Source: Octopus sinensis
Taxonomy: Eukaryota
Length of the DNA stretch: 64,000 bases
Assembly (NCBI RefSeq): GCF_006345805.1
Contig: NC_042998.1
Location: 145,390,001-145,454,000, forward strand
Direction of reading: 5' to 3'
Below are positions 26,654 through 43,810 of this stretch, one piece after another. Every line of letters starts with the position of its first letter. Positions within the stretch are counted from its first letter, which is position 1. Below the pieces are notes generated by a model that was not told the DNA's origin, ran no database searches, and was given only the letters and a program-made list of their open reading frames with translations. Both the position numbers and the translations under genes were made by a program.

Positions 26654-26875
26654 AGGTCGGTGACCTGGCAGAATCCTTAGTACGTCGGATAAAATGCCTG
26701 GTAACCTTTATTCCGGCTCTTTACGTTCTTAGTACGAATCTCAACGAGGCACGCTTTACTTTTCATCTTTTCGGGGTCGGTAAAAATAAGTACCAAACAA
26801 GTAATGAGATCGATGTAATCGATCTGCCTCCCCTCCTCCAAATTGCCTCCTTTGTGCCAAAATTTGAAACCATTC
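26654..26875 (+). mobile_element. SINE family 1 (tail type b)
   Basis: CTGGCAGAATCCTTAG head and TTTTCATCTTTTCGGGGTCGGTAAAAATAAGTACC core, followed by (TTC)n(TTA)n. Confidence 0.8.
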
Positions 26876-26913
26876 TTCTTCTTCTTCTTCTTCTTCTTCT
26901 TCTTCTTCTTCTT

Positions 26914-26988
<75 letters not shown>

Positions 26989-27031
26989 GTTATTATTATT
27001 ATTATTATTATTGTTATTGTTATTATTATTA

Positions 27032-27088
<57 letters not shown>
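26874..27088. repeat. (TTC)n then (TTA/TTG)n compound microsatellite
   Basis: Direct reading; produces the spurious poly-N/poly-K ORF 26677-27303. Confidence 0.97.
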
Positions 27089-28134
27089 GAAAGTGATAAA
27101 AGGCAATGGAAAAGTGCAAAAAGTAATGAGAAACCCTGTAACTGAGAATTAAAGTAAGATAAGAATAATAGAAGCAGTGCCACCATTTTGAATTTAAAAA
27201 ATGATCGAAGAGAACGAAAAATGAAAAAAAAAAAAATTAATGAAGGAATATCTTGTAACAAAGCAGTTTGAGATATGGTTTCTCCCATTGTTAATAGACA
27301 CATTTCTTTATGTAAATGGAAGTTTTTTCTTGTTACCTTATTTTTAATTTGACTTTTTTCCTTTCCGTTTTTTTTTCTCTCAATAGAAATCTTCTGCTAG
27401 AGAAGACAGAAAACTAGCTCTAAAATATTGTTGGGTTAACTCTCTTGATTCCTTGGTATTTCGATGTATTTCCTTGGTATTTCGATGTATCTATTCGATA
27501 TATCTGAATATGTAAAGCGTTATAAGGGTAAACCTGAATTGATTAAAACACAACGCGACTGGTGATGATAGTTTTGTCATGAACACGTATGTGTCCGATA
27601 ATCTCTTTTTCGTGGCATATAGGTGTTTCATTATCTATAGTGGTAATATCGTGTTAATTTTCACACTTCTACTCCCAACTTCGAGTCTTGTTCAAAATGT
27701 CTGCCGTTAATATTACAATATCTTTTCGCAGTGTAACTAGTAATTATTGCTGAAGATACTCATCTCTTAATGACACATTCCATTTAATTCAACTAAGTGT
27801 TCAAACGTGATATAGGTAAGTGTGATCGTATCCGTGTCAAGTAAATGTTTTTTTAAAAAGCGTCATATCTATTATATTTAAAATTTTCGTCCGATTTATG
27901 AAAAAAGAAAAGATCGCGTTTTGTTCTCTGTAATTATGAATCTTGCCTTGAGTTATCTTCTTGATAGAGCTACAAGAATACCGTGCTGACATACAGAATA
28001 TCTTGGGCATTTTGAGACCTGGTGGAGCCCATATATTTCTTGATCATATCACAGCTGATTTCTTTCAGAACAAAGACAGACAGACAAAAATAAAGAGTGA
28101 GAGAAAGTAAAAAAAAAAAAAAAATTGACTCCAG

Positions 28135-28277
28135 TAATGGTAGTTTATCTCTCGCTCCTGGAAAGATGAAAGCATATTTGACTGCAGCAGGATCTGAACT
28201 CAGAACGTAGAGAGCCGTAACAGTTACCATACAGAAATCTATCCGCCATTGTAACGGATTTTCTAATTGGCCGCCTT
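28135..28277 (-). mobile_element. SINE family 1, degenerate 5' part
   Basis: GATGAAAGC...TCTGAACTCAGAACGTA...GCCGCCT matches the other minus-strand copies. Confidence 0.65.
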
Positions 28278-28724
28278 AAATTATGAATCTACCCTACGGT
28301 AAATAGAATAGCTGTTTCAAACTAGTTTGTTTCTGTGTAACATTTAGATTCCTGGGGTGACGATTCGTTGCTGAAAGTCTCAATTTAGTTTACTCTACCC
28401 ACTGCACGGCAGACTCGGTAGTTTGTTTATATATTTCATCTAACCAGCATTGACTACATTTCCAAATTACTTATATCAATTTTCTTTTTAATGTTTTAAG
28501 CAAGACATTTAAACCTGTCATCCACTTCTTTTTCCAAGTGTGTCCTTCCTCTATCGAACTTCCTGTTAGTCATAAATGCTTTTGTTCTAATATCTCCTTT
28601 CCTCAAACTGTTGCTTTCAGAAACTCAATACTATCGTATTGTTTTCCTCTAGTCTAAGATAATCAGTCCTTTAAGCTTTCTGTTAATTGATTTATTTTGA
28701 ATTTGTAAGCCCTTCTTTTCCTTC

Positions 28725-28781
28725 TTTGTAGTCACTTACTCTACTGTGGCCTCAAGCCACTGTAGCGTAAGTGACTACAAA
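28725..28781. other. Near-perfect 26-bp-stem hairpin with 5-nt loop
   Basis: TTTGTAGTCACTTACTCTACTGTGGC-CTCAA-GCCACTGTAGCGTAAGTGACTACAAA, two mismatches. Confidence 0.85.
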
Positions 28782-29989
28782 AAGAATATCATGATGGGCA
28801 TGATCTCCTAGACTGGTGCAAGAATGGGAGAAAGGTGTCCTCATAACGGAGATCTAGGCAGAATGCTTGTGACGGAATGGAGTTTACTAAGGGCACCTCA
28901 AAAAGAACCAGGCGGCAATATCAAACCAAAACAAAGCGATTCCGTTGACGAGATTTCACACAGTCTCTGTGCTACAAGACATTGATGATTTCCATGACTA
29001 TGGTAAAAGATATTTGTTTGAGATGTCACAAAGAGCAATGGAACCCGAAGCCAGATGCGAAGTTATTAACCACACAGCCATACATGCATAGCTAATGCTG
29101 CTTTCTTTTTTATGTAAAATCAGCTGTTGCAATTGAAATAGGTTTTATTAATCCAGTAAACGTTAATGTATGTTAATAAATGCTAATATATGTTAATGAA
29201 TGCTAATTCACCATTTTTTTCATTTTGTAATAAATATGGTTCTCTCTAAATTCATGTCATGTTATTATGTGACAGCCAACTACTTAAGATATCTTTTGGT
29301 GCATCGAACAAATTGCTTTTATCTTTTTAGAACATTGGACATCTGATAACTTACAACTTAGAATTAGCATTTATTATTTTATTATTACTTCCATACCTAG
29401 AACCAACGAGAGTTTTTATGTAACTTCCTTACCGGTTAGAAATAGCAGCCAAAATCTTCTAAACCGCAATTTCGACTCTTAAAAAAAAGAAGAAAAAGTA
29501 ATGCGCTGGATAAAGTGGTTCTGTGTTTCCTATATACAAGAAAATCAACGAAATGGTCAGGACTGGAATGCCTTAGATCATTAGCCTGTCCGTCAAGGCC
29601 TGACTCGGTGTTAAACAACATCCCACTATCACTAACAACAACAACAATCTGCCGGTTCCTATTGCTCCCAAACTGTATAATCAATAATATATGCCTGCTT
29701 TCACATCAAATCTTCAGTATTCTCTGTAATCAGCCTTTCCATTTGAAGAATATACAGTTATTCTTCTTCGCCGTGTCATCATTATCTCCTTTGAAGTGTT
29801 TGTTCTAACACACATATTACAACCGATAACATCTGTTTCTATGCACAACTAAGCAGGTGATCCCTGATGTAACATTTTAAGATATTTCTCGCTTAATAAC
29901 AAGAAAATCAAGCTCCCCATTCGTTATCTTACGCAATCGGTTTCTTTATTTCTATATCAAATTCGGTGTGATTTTTTTTATTGTTTATC

Positions 29990-30352
29990 ATTTACTTGTT
30001 TCTGTTATAGGACTGCGGCATTGCGACTTTGCTGGAACACCGCCTCGAAGGGTCTTGTCAAAAATAAATCGACTCGGAACTTATTTTAAATTTGGTACTT
30101 TATTTTATCGGTTTGTTACGGGAAAGCAAACAAAGTAACACCGGTACTAATTGATGGTGCTGGTGGAGAAAATAGCATAAACACAAAGAAACACAGTCTC
30201 CGTCGCAGTTTCCGTCTACTAAATTTATAAAACATTGGCCAGCTTGGGCTATAGTAGAAGACTTCCTTAAAGTGCCACACAATGGGACTGAACTAGGAAC
30301 CACGTGGTTACGAAGTGAATTTCTTAATCATATAGACATATCTACTTATATC
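29990..30352 (-). mobile_element. SINE family 2 copy
   Basis: CAGTTTCCGTCTAC...GCTATAGTAGAAGAC...GGGACTGAACTAGGAACCACGTGG matches 15805-16155. Confidence 0.8.
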
Positions 30353-30902
30353 ACACAGCCTTCGCCATAACTCTTATAATGGAACACACACACACACACA
30401 CACACACACCACACACACACACAAACACACACACACACACACACACGTACTCATACAAGCCGCAAACAAGCTTATACATCACCAATTGTCGAGCAAATAA
30501 CATCACAATTTTGATACCTTCCGACAAGAATATTAAATTTGGTGGTGTCAGCAACGTAAGCTGCTCAAGTATTTATAAGCAGGCATGACAGAGGAAGAAG
30601 AATAGATTCAAATACAATAAGATGAGGCCTATAGACCGAACAGTAAATAAAAAGGAGTTATGAGAATAAATAAATAAATATATATAATGCATGTTTTCAT
30701 TCACGTGCGTTAACTACAGCATTAAAGTATTTTAGCTCGTATTTCTAGCAATGTAGGCGTTTCTTAACACCTTAGTCATATTTTGTGACAATTATAATTC
30801 TCCTTTTTGTGAAACATTGCAACCTACTTTTTATATGTATGTGTGTGTAGATATATACATATGTATATTATGTGTATATATATATATATATATAATATAT
30901 AT

Positions 30903-30936
<34 letters not shown>

Positions 30937-30984
30937 CGCATACACACACAGACGCACACATATTCATATCTATTTTACGTCATG

Positions 30985-32030
<1,046 letters not shown>

Positions 32031-32234
32031 AGCACTTATACGCAAGCGTAGTCTACTCGTGGTTTGTTTAAATTTAAATTTGGTAAGCGAATTGGCACCT
32101 AGTCAGTCACTTGTACGCATATGTAGTCTGCACGAGGTTCGTTGATCAAATTTCAACTCGTCGTGCGAGTTTAATATTTTTTAGGAAAACCGGTCGTTAT
32201 TCAATATGTTCGTATACGGATACTCATACATACA

Positions 32235-32301
<67 letters not shown>

Positions 32302-32312
32302 CATACATGCAA

Positions 32313-32403
<91 letters not shown>

Positions 32404-32912
32404 ATACAAAAGAACAAATAGGAAACGACAGTAACAAAAAAATTACACAGAGAGATATTCGTATATATTAGAAGGCACATGTACATGCACATACATCCAT
32501 ACATCTATCCATCAATACATATAGATATAAATAAACACGCATACATGCATAAATACAATCGAACGATGAATAGAGTTAATTGTACGAACGTGATGGTATG
32601 AACGTAAGATCGTATGTGATAGTAAGGTATCTATCAATAGATTTTAATCTCCAGTCATCTTTACCTACAGTGTTTGATATATGTTCCCGCCAGCAATGGA
32701 ACATGAGGCGAAATGCTGAAATTCTGTTCAGAAAAAATAAAGTAGAATACAACAGATCGCTTGCAGCAGACTAAGTCTTAATTTTAATACCTGCTTCCAT
32801 TGCTTTTATCTATGTGCTCACACATGCACCTCACACTGTATACACTCACACACACACGCGCACACGCACGCACACACACACACACACACACCACACACAC
32901 ACACACACACAC

Positions 32913-32967
<55 letters not shown>

Positions 32968-33158
32968 CACATATACATATATATGCCAATATATGTGCAT
33001 GCATGTATGTATATATGCATACACATATATACATGTATGCGTGCTTGTTTGTATGTACGTGTCTATGTACTATTTATCTATCTATGTATAGATATGTATA
33101 TATGCATACACATGTATATATGGATGCTTGCTTGTGTGTATGTACGTATATATATATA

Positions 33159-33249
<91 letters not shown>

Positions 33250-33820
33250 GAAACGCTATTATTTCTAAATCTCTCAACGAGAAACATATAGTAACAGTAC
33301 TTTAAAGTAAAGATTATTTGCCAATAAAATATGGCAGTCCCGGTTGGGATGAATGCTACTGTTGCTTAGGCCCAAGAAACATCGTCTCCAGCTGGCTATA
33401 CGACAATTTATCTGCGTCCTTATATTTTCGGACCGGGGTGTTCAGCATCCTCACGCCAGCATAGAGTAATATCTGTGGACCGTGGTATAAGGTTTATTTC
33501 CCTTTTTTGGCACGGAATAATCACTCGGCTGAGGGTGGCGCTGCTAAAATGTCCGTTCGAAAATATATAATTTTCAGAGTGATACATAATCACTGATCTA
33601 CTAAATAGAAACATTATTACTTCTAAGTCTCCCAACGAGAGATATACAGCAACAGTACTTCAAAGTAAAGGTTATTTGCCAATATAATAGTGCAGTTTCG
33701 GTTGGGATCTGTTCGAATATATAAGGACACAGATAGTGTGTCGTATAGCCAACTGGAGATGATGTTTCCTAGGGCTAAACAACAGTAGCATTCGCCCCAA
33801 CCGGGACTGCCATATTATAT
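33250..33820. repeat. Four fragments of one unclassified repeat in alternating orientation
   Basis: 33250-33345 is directly repeated at 33605-33708. 33325-33435 is inverted at 33710-33818. 33419-33475 is inverted at 33515-33570. Confidence 0.75.
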
Positions 33821-35179
33821 GTAAATGTTTTTGTGTATGTGTGTTTGTGTGTATATGTATTTGTCATAGTGCGTGTGTGTGCACGTATGTGTTTCTGTAT
33901 ATATGTATGTACGTTTCTGTGTTTGTGTCTGATTGTGTATGCTTATATGTATATAAATGTTTTATATGCGTGTGTGTTTTCGTGCGTGTATGCGCACGCG
34001 TGTGCGTATGTGTGTGTATGGGTATGTGTTTGAGTGTGCGCACGCCTGCGTGCGGGTACTTGTCTCTGTGTGCTTATGTATGCGCATGTGTGTAAATGTC
34101 GGTGATATTTGAGCGACAGTATTGGAGCATGTATGTATGTGCGTCGATGTATATGTGTATTTTAAGTGTTTCTTTTAGAAAGCACATGATATGTACACAT
34201 TACATAATGTTATGCACACTCTACGGGTATCTTATATTCAACTTATACACAACTACATTCATATTTATACAATTCTGATGTTGTATAACTGTTTGTAAAG
34301 ACGAAACTTTCTTTCTGGAGGCACATACACATGTACATACAGATATACATACATCCATAGATATATATACACATAATACACATACATGTACATATATACA
34401 TCCATTTATACATACATTCATACATAAATATATATATACACATACATGCATATACACATACATATGCACACATACATAATATATACATATAGACATGCAT
34501 GCGTATATATACATACTCGTACATGCATTCATACATACACGCATACATATATACATAGTCACTTATAAACATACATACAAACATATATAGATGCATACAA
34601 ACATTCACGCATGCATGTATACATACATACATACATACATACACATACATACATACATACATACATACATACATGAATAGTGAGATATAGAGATAGAATA
34701 GACAGGAAGAGAGAGACTGAGGACAGTGTATCGTAAAGCGAAACGATAAAAGCTGTCTAAATGCAAAAATATATCTAGACATCATTATATCAAGAGTTTG
34801 GATTCAATCTTGATTTTAACAAAGGCTCATGTGTGATCACAATCTTTCAAATTTTGCTTTTGGATAAAAGCATAAAAGCTCTTTACCATAAATCCAAAAA
34901 TGCTAACGTATTGTATATTATTCTTTCTTAGTTGATATCTTGATTAACTCAATATAAGATATTGCATTTCCTCATTTAAGTAGCTTCATTAGATCTGATT
35001 TAAATTCAAAGATAGTGGTGTAAATTGATATAATCAGTACCAAACACACTTTTATGGTACCCGGTAGATCATTCTGAGATTAGTTAACTTTCGACATAGC
35101 TAACTAACGTTACTTTGGTGGTTCTCTTAAATACAGAACCTTTTTAGAAGCTAGATCGCTTCTTCGTACAAAATCATTT

Positions 35180-35291
35180 GTTCTCAGTTTGAGTTCTGGG
35201 TTCGATGTAATCGACTTTCCCCCCTCCCTCTAATTTGCTAGCCTTGTGCCAAAATGTGAAACCAATATCATTAATAGTAATAGTTGAAAAA

Positions 35292-35331
<40 letters not shown>

Positions 35332-35500
35332 TACTACTACTACTACTACTACTGCTGGTGCTGCTGCTGCTACTGCTGCTGCTGTTATTATTGTTGTTGT
35401 TATTATTAGGTTTGCAAACTGGCAGAATCGTTAAGCATGTCAGGCAAAATGCTTGTGCTTTTCATCATTTCGTGGTCGATAAAATAAATATCAATCAATA
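35180..35500 (+). mobile_element. Two SINE family 1 fragments separated by a trinucleotide array
   Basis: GGTTCGATGTAATCGAC...GCCTTGTGCC (tail b) and CTGGCAGAATCGTTAAGCATG...TTTCATCATTTCGTGGTCGATAAAAT (head/core with deletion). Confidence 0.65.
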
Positions 35501-35524
35501 TTGTACCTACAGTAGAAGGAATTC

Positions 35525-37210
<1,686 letters not shown>

Positions 37211-37212
37211 AG

Positions 37213-37325
37213 AAGAGCAAAATGCTTAGCGGCATTTCGCCCGTCTTCTGAGTTCAAATTCCACCGAGGTTGATTTTGTCTTACATACTTTCGGGGTCAA
37301 TAAATTAAGTACCAGTGAAACACTA
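37213..37325 (+). mobile_element. SINE family 1 fragment truncating the Dong copy
   Basis: GCAAAATGCTTAGCGGCATTTCG...GAGTTCAAATTCCACCGAGG...TTTCGGGGTCAATAAATTAAGTACCAG. Confidence 0.8.
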
Positions 37326-37492
37326 TTATTTGTTCTTTTCAACTCTCTAAAAATTTCCTAGTGAGTCTGACAAACTTCTTGTAACAACTCTATCGAACAC
37401 TCAAGTTTCTCACAAAATCATCGTTATCGTCACCGTTGTCATTATCATCATCATCATCACCACCACCACCACCACCATCATCATCATCATCT

Positions 37493-37523
<31 letters not shown>

Positions 37524-37643
37524 CATCGTCATCATTATCATTATTGTTGTTTTTGCTATAGTTATTATTATTATTATTATTCCACATATTTATGTCTTTT
37601 CAAATCCTATATTTCATATAGTCATACACACACACACGCACGC

Positions 37644-37698
<55 letters not shown>

Positions 37699-38157
37699 TG
37701 TATCTATGTATGTAATTCTCGAGGGTCTTTCACTTTAGGCAATGTCTTATATTTCGTCACTCCAAATTTAATTCTCTTACTTTGTCTGCTATGTTGTTTC
37801 ACTTTATTTGTTATTACAACAAAATTTGTCTTATTCTTATTTCGACTCAACTACTTCAAACGTTCTCTTATATTTTCCTGTTTCTTATTATGATGTCTGT
37901 TGTGATGTTTCTGCTGCTCTCAGACTTTCTTAAACGTTTCTTCAACAAACAGTTTCGCACTTGTTGAGAAGCATATGCAATTATAAACTATATAAATTCA
38001 ACCAGAAATGGTTTTGCTCTACTTTCACTTTCTTGTATTCTTCTATAAGTGGCAAATAAAGAATAGTCTGGAATCTATTGTTTACAATTTCTCCATAAAA
38101 AACAATATATTTCATTTTTGTTTTCATGGTACTGCCATATCTGATTTGTGCGAGGAG

Positions 38158-38245
<88 letters not shown>

Positions 38246-38807
38246 GTGTGTTGTATATATTTGTGAGATGTTGTATATATATATATGTGTGTGTGTGTGT
38301 TCGTGTGTATGTGTGTGTGTTTAAAAACATAATATATATAAGCACAAAGAAAGGAAACAAATGGGAAACACACAGAATGTCGCCAATCTTCGTCAGTTAT
38401 CGCCCAAAGGATCTCAGCCATTTCATGCCTTTAACGATTATCGTGTTCCCCTTTGGTGGCGTCAGTGACGAGAAGACGCCGGGAAATAGCGATTGAACGG
38501 AAATAGCGATTAAACAGAAAGTGAACGTACAAACATAAAATAAATATGTTTTATACAATATACAATATACAAACGAAATAATATTCATAACGAAGCGAAT
38601 AATAAACGGACATAGCTTAGTGATCGGATTCAATAGAATCTAGATATATCAACAGGTAAGGCGCCAGAGATGGCTAGACTTTACATTGAGGTGAAACAAC
38701 CAAGATATCAGGTATTGGTAAGATACTGTAGATACGTAAGTACTAGATCCAATTTAAACAGTAAATCCAACTTAGGGTTGGTTTTAGGTGCGGCGTAGGT
38801 ATTAAAA

Positions 38808-39100
38808 AACACAAATGCGGTTTAAAATTTACAACAGCTGTTTTGGTAGAGTTTTGTTTATGTAATCATTGATTACATCATAAGAAAAAAACCACCGTCT
38901 TCAAGTAAAATTTTAAACATATTGATATATGTTTAATGACAGGTAATTGCAGCGAGGTTGGTTGGATTCTTCATATTGGTTTGATATCTGATTAAAATTT
39001 TACCTGAGTATGGCTGGTTATATGCTATGATGTAATTTATGAAGACATAAATAAAATTCTACCGAAACAGCTGTCGTTAATTTTAAATCCCATTTGTGTT
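38808..39100. repeat. Inverted repeat (~110-bp arms), each arm carrying a degenerate Penelope-type hammerhead-like motif
   Basis: 38808-38917 is the reverse complement of 38992-39100. Plus arm CTGAGTA(39004)...CCGAAACAGCTGTC(39075); minus arm TTGAAGACGG...CCAAAACAGCTGTT. Confidence 0.75.
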
Positions 39101-40519
39101 CTTATTTAAAGTTTGGCGCTTAGTCTACCGGAATCTTTTGTCTGTTGTCAGGCAGTGGTGGAGGACAAATACACACACATATATATGAAAGGTTTCTGCA
39201 CAGTTTCCGTCTGCTAAATTTATTCACAAGACTTTGTCAGCCTTGTGTTATTGCAGAAAACTGTTGCCCGAAGTGCAACCCAAATCACTTAGTTTTCTCG
39301 CTAAACTTTTTAATTTTAAGTTATAGCCGACCCCAAATGAAAATGTAATTACCTCACAAACCTCCAAGTGTCCAACAGAGCAGAACTTCATTTCGATTCG
39401 ATGTCTCTAACGTTAAGTGGATAAAGAACAAATTTCTGACAGTTTCTAGAAAGTAACTTTGTCTGGAATGAAACTGTACTCATTAAAGCCAGCTAATTTA
39501 CTGGTACACCCCTGAAGAGTGATATTTAATTCAGAGTTTCTTCATCCAGTTTGGACTCGTCTGTTGAGATCATACCATCTTGTTCCTAAACATGGTATAA
39601 TATTGTCGTTTACTCGCCAGTACCATATTAAAACAACAATCTGCTGTGCTTCGTAAAAAAAAAAACTATTATCTCTTCAAATCAAACTTTTCTTTAAGAT
39701 ACATCATTTTCAGGATATTTTTTTCATTTTCTACATTATCTGGTCATTATCACTTTCAAACCTTTTCATACCCACACTAATGATATCACCTTAGATCATT
39801 TTTTTTCTCTGTCTTTTTTCTTTTCAATGGCTTCACCAGTCTTATTAACTCCAGACTAGACTAGACAATCTATAAATAAATAAATTCATATTCTGGAAAT
39901 TATATCAATTTATTGCCCTTTAAAACACTTAACAGCAAATGTGGTTGGTTATCACACTACAGTTGACACCTAGATCACTGTTCATGAACAAATTCTGGTA
40001 AAACTAGACGTATACAATTTTGTTACATCTTATGTATTATATCTAGTTGATTGAGACGGTTGACATATTGGTTGACTTTACTTTTAATCAAAGAGTCATA
40101 ACTGCAAGCTAAAATAAAGTTAGTAGGGCATTTAATGTACATTATTGCTAATAATGTGACGCAACATAATGAAAAATCAGTGTTCGTTAGGCAACGGGGT
40201 CAATAATAATATAAAATTTAATTTTCAACGGTGCTAAATTTGTATCGACGGTGAAAAAAAATGTCTTTTCACAAAGTTGCTTATTTGTATTATAGATTAT
40301 TGGTGAGATGTCTGTAAGATGAGTTCCGATTGTGGTTTGAACCCTGGTATAGCCACTTCAATCAGTTTCCGTCGGTATTAAATACGATGGGCAGAAATGA
40401 ATCCCTGTATTTTCACTCCTGGTCGTGACACTATGAAATCGAAGACATCCGTGTTCAACTTATGCCCTGTGAGGTACAGGACGTTTCTTTTATCTACACC
40501 TACCCTGCTGCTGCTGCTG

Positions 40520-40555
<36 letters not shown>

Positions 40556-40654
40556 GCCATTTCTATCCTACTCCAAAGCGCTCTCATCATTTACGTTTCC
40601 TTCTGTTACCCATATTTCGTTTCACTTTCAGGGACACAGTTCTAAACTGTTTTT

Positions 40655-41036
40655 TCTTTTACTTGTTTCAATCATTGGACTTGTTTCAATCATTCTCAGT
40701 ACTTATTTTAAAGTCCGGTACTTATTCTAGCGCTTTCCTCTTCCAAACCGCAAAGTTACAGGAACGTAAAGAGATCAACAGGAACGTAAAGAGATCAAAT
40801 TGTCAAATTTGTATGTATATGAGGGATAAACACATACAAAGACACACACACATTCATACACACACATACGCACACACACACTCACACACATGACAAACTT
40901 CCACTGATTTTCTCTACCAAATTGTCGCCCCTGGGCTATAGTAGAAGACACTCCCCAAAGGTGCTATGCAATGGGAATTGAACTCGAAACCACGTGGCTA
41001 CAAAGCGAGCTTCTTAATCACAGAACCATGCGCGAG
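40655..41036 (-). mobile_element. SINE family 2 copy
   Basis: GGGCTATAGTAGAAGACACT...GGTGCTATGCAATGGGAATTGAACTCGAAACCACGTGG, with an internal (CA)n. Confidence 0.78.
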
Positions 41037-43595
41037 TCTCTAATTTACTGAAACCTTTGTTATTAGAACCACAAACTTCAGCAAATATTGCAATCAGTCA
41101 AAATAAACTTCTAGTAGAGGTAGAGTACAGTTGGCTGGCTTGACAGGATATAGTCTAATAAGCTTAGAGATCAGACTCTGTTAGTTAATTCCACCTATCT
41201 GTAAATACATGCCACAAGTAAGGAGTAATTCACTTCCGTAAATTGCAAAATTGGCAGATGGTTTCTATTTCAACCAACTGAATTGAATAAAATTATGACT
41301 GCATGTTATACAAACCAATGGAGACTAGCAAGATGACATAATCTACATAGGCTACACCAAGATTAAGTTTTCCAAGTTGACATGATGAATGAGCGAACTG
41401 TAGGGATTATAATCAATTTTACAAATAAAAAAAAAGCGAAAAATGAAAAAAGAAAACGGGAAAACATTTAATAAATTCGTAGTAAGCACGCAGAACAACA
41501 TGAATCCAAACAGTAACGTATCAATTCATTCTCAATATGTTTTGGCAGATTCCAACATTGGATTCTTGCTGTTCTACGTGAACCCCTGAATTATCATCAG
41601 TTTGTTAGACATCAACACGCATCAGCAAATAATTTGTTTTGCTGATTTGCATAAAGAAAGCTTTTTAAAAATTCATCGGTCTGGTCGGGTGGCTTGACTG
41701 AGGAAACACACATTAAGGTCAAAACACTGCCGTATCTCAATCTACCCTTATACCGGTGAATTGCATGTTGTGAAAACACATCGGAGGTTTTCTCCGAAGA
41801 TGGAAAACAAGATCAGATATTCGCCTTCGAATCAACCCTAACTTATTAAAAATGAATCGATACGTTATTGCTGAAAAACATTTACTATTCAGGAAGATTG
41901 TAGAAAGAGGCTGGGTTCTGTCTCTTCTCTCAAATACATAAAGAAACCTAAAGAAACAGGTTCTCTAATTTGATGGACAGCCTCAGAAAGTTCAATCATT
42001 AGAATATAGAACAAGAATAAATTCTTACATTTTGATGTTAAGATGAAATAAATTTATAAATCTGACATTTGTTTAAAGAGGAACTGGCTTTGTTTTGAAG
42101 GCCATTATATAATCGAAATGTTTTGGCCAGATGTACGTGGGGAATTTGTGTATTTATGACATTTGTGTGTTTCGAAAGTTGGGGGAGTGATAGGGAGTGA
42201 TTCGTTTTCTAATTCTAAATATGCTTTATTGTATTTATAACTAAGACAGTCAACGATGCAGAATATTTCTCTCTTTTTAAATATTACATAGCTTTACTTT
42301 TAGCTGTTCCGTTTTCGCGCGAATAAACTTTCATTTCATATTTTATTAAGTCGTCCAACTGCATTCAGGGGCGTTATCTAGTAGTAATACCTCAATGATT
42401 CATGGACATTACTTAGATACATCAATCCTACTTAAAGTTACTATTGTATGGACATTTCTAAAATCATTTTGTTTTACGAGCTATTTGTTTTACCGTGTGT
42501 TCCGATAAAAACTGAACCAAGTCCGTTAGTTGACGTTCTCTAAATGCTAATGGATGATAGCTCTTATCTAATGTAATATGATAGGTTTGAGTATGACCAA
42601 GAAGCTCTAGGTAGTTCGGAACCATTTAGGTAATTCTATTATTTTTCTATTGCATTTACTGTAGACACTAGATTAAAATGGATTCAATAAAAGGTGTTCT
42701 AATATGCTGAGTTGATATTCGGACTTCAAGTCTTGCCGTTGAGAATGGTTTTGAAGAAATTCCAAGATTACTGAATCTTATCAAAATGTTTCATTTCTTA
42801 GGTTTATCATTGCATGTCTTAACATGATTAAATATTGTATTCTCCTTGTATACATTATATCATCTTTTCAGGTATTCTTTCTCGCCAATAAGTAGGAAGA
42901 ACATTAAAACGAAACTTAACATGCTAACACTTCAAACGTGTGTATGTAAACACACACACACACCGTTCATCGGACAGTTTTGGTTAAGAATGGAACAAAA
43001 CATTTATGTTGTATTTATAAATATAAAATTTACATTGACAAATATACATTTGAGCATTGGTTTTGTTTCATTGGTCCTTTCAGCTACCGGTCTTTTTAAG
43101 AACTAACGGTCTTTCTCTAACTTGCAACAACTAAGCTGTGCATTTAAAATATACTCACGTATGATGTGTATATAGATACCTGTATATACATAAGCATATA
43201 TATTCACATTTATATTTTTCTTGTATATGTTTGTATATATGTATGTATCAACATTTGTATGTTTAGTGTATATATGTATGTATTTTTGTGTGTATAAGTG
43301 AATGCCTTGTATACGCTTGTACGTGTATTTATTTATGTAAGTGAATATTTCTTATATTTTTAAATTCAATTTGCCATTAATTATTTACTCTGGGTATACA
43401 TGTTTTTTCCTTCTAACTAAAGTTAATTTTGATTTAAGGTTTTCTTCGATTTTACATATGATTTTTAAATCGTAATATTTTAATTTTATGTACATTACCG
43501 GTTCTTAAAAACGCGTTAGGTGAAAGGACAAATGAAACAAAACAAATTTTCAAATATGTATCTGTCAATGTAAATTGTATATCTATAAATATAAC

Positions 43596-43810
43596 AAGGC
43601 AACGAGTTGGCAGAATCGTTAGCACGCCAGGCGAAATGCTTAGAGGTAATTCGTCTGCTGCTACATTCTGAGTTTAAATTCCGCCGAAGTCGACTTTGCC
43701 TTTCATCATTTCAGGATTGATAAATGAAGTACCAGTTGGTACTGGAGTCGATCTAATCGACTGGCCTCTTTCGCCAAAATTTCAGGCCTTGTGTCTATAG
43801 TAAAAAGGAT
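43596..43810 (+). mobile_element. SINE family 1 (tail type b), complete
   Basis: TTGGCAGAATCGTTAGCACGCC head, GAGTTTAAATTCC B-box, GTCGACTTTGCCTTTCATC core, AAAATTTCAGGCCTTGTG tail. Confidence 0.85.

Noticed and set aside
26677-27303. 208-aa ORF with poly-N and poly-K
   Set aside because: Reverse translation of (TTA)n(TTC)n joined to a SINE; no evidence of a real gene.
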